From contig DASVRX010000188.1 of assembly GCA_036388375.1 (NCBI GenBank), positions 1 through 49,453 of the forward strand: a DNA stretch of 49,453 nucleotides, read 5' to 3'. Positions 48,201 through 49,453 of this stretch are shown piece after piece. A model generated the notes under the pieces. It did no database searches, was not told the origin of the DNA, and was given only the letters and a program-made list of their open reading frames with translations. The translations under genes were made by a program, and so were the position numbers. Source of the stretch: Pedobacter sp. (GTDB taxonomy: Bacteria > Bacteroidota > Bacteroidia > Sphingobacteriales > Sphingobacteriaceae). How positions within the stretch are numbered: position 1 is the first letter of the stretch; each line of letters begins with the position of its first letter.

Positions 48201-49005
48201 CATCTTCAACTTGCTCGTTATACTTATCTAAAATTGGCTTGATCGTTTGTTGGTAAGCACTATACTCTTTGTCATAAGCTGCCTGATACTCTTTTCTAAA
48301 AGCTTGCTCTGCTATGGCCAATTCTTCCTGAAGTCGTGTAAGAACCTCAATATTTTGTTGGGCAACGGATTGGTTTTCTAAAGATTGCATAACAGGATTA
48401 GCAAAAACAGCCTCTGTTGCCGATCTGGCGGATAAAACTCGGGATGCACTAATATTTACCGAAGGATCCTCAACAAAAAGAACTTTTGGCAAAACTATTT
48501 TTGCCAATGCCCGATCTTTATATGTCCCAATTCCTGTCTCTTTTACGACGTGGTTGGCTAAAAGCAGCTGCATTATAAGTTCCTTCGCATAAAAATCTTT
48601 TTGTGTTACAACTTGATAGAACAGGTTATTCCACAAAGTGATCATGTGCGAATTAATATCGCCCACACCAATGGCCATACTTGCTATTTCTGCTTCAGTG
48701 GCTTTAAATCGGTTTTTGGAAAGCCATTGCGAGAACTCATACATTTTTATACTAAGAGCTTTTATCTTTTCAACATCCAAAACTTTTGATGGCGTATTTG
48801 GTACAATTTGCGCAAAAGTAACCGCCGCGTTTTGCAGCGCTTCCCTCTTGGTACTGTAGGTCTTATTGTTTACCGCATCCAGAAATGCACCTCTGCTATT
48901 TCCTTTGTCGGTTACAAAACCAGGGTTTTCTTCAAAATCACTTGAAAGTTCCGGTGCTCTCATGCTTACAAAGCGAAAGAGCGTGTTTTTAATTTCATTG
49001 CTCAT
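45247..49005 (-). CDS. Large conserved hypothetical protein (1252 aa), putative toxin carrier/translocase
   Basis: Intact paralog of 6181-9764; no signal peptide; Ser/Thr-rich core with an alternating amphipathic segment. Function is inferred from context only. Confidence 0.8.
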   Translation of the reverse strand: MSNEIKNTLFRFVSMRAPELSSDFEENPGFVTDKGNSRGAFLDAVNNKTYSTKREALQNAAVTFAQIVPNTPSKVLDVEKIKALSIKMYEFSQWLSKNRFKATEAEIASMAIGVGDINSHMITLWNNLFYQVVTQKDFYAKELIMQLLLANHVVKETGIGTYKDRALAKIVLPKVLFVEDPSVNISASRVLSARSATEAVFANPVMQSLENQSVAQQNIEVLTRLQEELAIAEQAFRKEYQAAYDKEYSAYQQTIKPILDKYNEQVEDAKNQWCNVKDPNTVYNPNDPCQQIPSVPQPDLPEFGFSFTEEMDIKFLSNYLSSQSLDAYESIINPAEDEEETQDNGLQNRGFTFGSFSPGGSTFSSTSSLIAQLLNQNTNNYTQNTVNSGTTTVVIGGTTVAVPNTPSPLQPFEYEIKSRRSGFMSAAIRRLQIMVGIPDASWKITAVQYTMTRNDDTFVVKNSSTVIHHTGYDALMNLSMSGISANLKELSITFQFTNGQTATVVVPNFVLTSIYKGMIKFPVLAESEEEGTPGTPGSSTVDPEQHFIPTGFGLKQIGIADYNKVEQTIQGYVEGEVAHIENIMAREFKEKSTRRLSRREVTETSSSETEREQLTDTSTVDRFEMQSEVAKVIASSKDFSAGVTATYGDPKTFSMSASANFATNNSKEESARQAVTNAKEITERALDRIVSKVKEERIEKVLEEFEENNSHGFDNRKGDKHVVGVYRWVDKVFKNQIVNYGKRLMFEFSIPEPARLHNLAMTTLIDQKKAGAVPEPKNPRTDASHTLENYSQINDARLQYWSGYYNVEVKPMPAEYITVGDSFSIMGGGAAAKLMNTESISGNGKIKIPEGYAAINASGTFTASSDNDSGGNILSLTVGTVRVSNTSRWHSQSISFNSVAIFGFVNEVPVSYTLGNHVAGDITASVGCKLTAEAKAQWQMESFNAIMSAYEEALQKYNEDLAMEANNGVHILGSNPGFYREIENIILRKNCISYIISSSPNAKLTFGKDFYKMNNTTESKLTFENGMINNNADLDKYAAFVKFIEQAFEWEIMSYYFYPFYWANRNNWTTMYQYDQTHDHVFKAFMQSGMARVIVTVRPGFEEAVRYYMQTGQIWNGGEVPVIGDELFMSIVDEMRTTEGEKVGKAWPTRVPTSMTILQAGSIGLNVTKALPFNNEDMEDFEHPEQVPQSSQIEQNTAQVGTSNEEGVRHIENIDLNDGYLQLTTDDSPRQIVAQISVQALKNAIEGTTGPA

Positions 49006-49453
49006 TTTTCTAAAAGATTTAATTAATATTTTCGTAAATCTATTTGATTAGGTTTAAGAGTTATTAAGTATAAATACTGATTTTAGTAAGGATGTCTTTA
49101 CAAATTCAGATTTTCAAAGTTTGGTGCCTCAAGACATGCCCAGAGACCTCTGATAACTGAATTTTTCACAATGACCAGGCATGTGGGGCTGAAACAGTAT
49201 CTGCCGATTACAAGCCTCTCTTGCTTGTAGTAAATACTTACTAAAGAGCTTAACATTAGTAGTAATCGATACCTAAAAAAATTATATAATAGCGGAAGGT
49301 CGTAACCTAAAAAGTGGAATTGCAGCTTAGCTATGATTTATAGTAGCCCGGATAGTGATGAAGAAGGGAAATAATAAGTATAATAACTTCCGAACAGGAA
49401 CTTTGCCCAAAGGACATTTCGAATAGTAATCTATACCGAAATAATTTCTTATA

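Noticed and set aside
1-49453. CRISPR array, tRNA/rRNA, IS or integrase
   Set aside because: No regularly spaced repeats, structural RNA signatures, or transposase/recombinase motifs seen by eye; island boundaries probably lie outside the window.

Overview
AT-rich Bacteroidetes (probably Flavobacterium-like) accessory island combining conflict and defence genes. Left to right: a type IIG restriction-modification fusion running off the left edge (missing from the ORF track); a PD-(D/E)xK nuclease-NTPase fusion; toxin locus A (frameshifted ~1190-aa conserved protein, polymorphic toxin with an IQM-like HHSS/SGHY tip, two candidate immunity genes, patatin, PG-binding M15 peptidase); sbcDC; a Lamassu/ABC-three-component system with MBL hydrolase and trypsin effector; a Wadjet/MksFEBG system; a 1.8-kb patch of gene fragments including a second jetD; a tightly coupled six-gene operon (DUF6088, HhH glycosylase, small protein, PfkB-NDT, QueC-like, nitroreductase); an Mrr-like nuclease; and toxin locus B on the opposite strand (intact 1252-aa paralog, EndoU-tipped toxin, immunity gene, orphan toxin-tip cassettes). 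The two best candidates for undescribed systems are (1) the duplicated large protein + polymorphic toxin + immunity module, which has no recognisable secretion signature, and (2) the glycosylase/PfkB-NDT/QueC/nitroreductase operon. All family calls come from reading motifs by eye, not from database searches.
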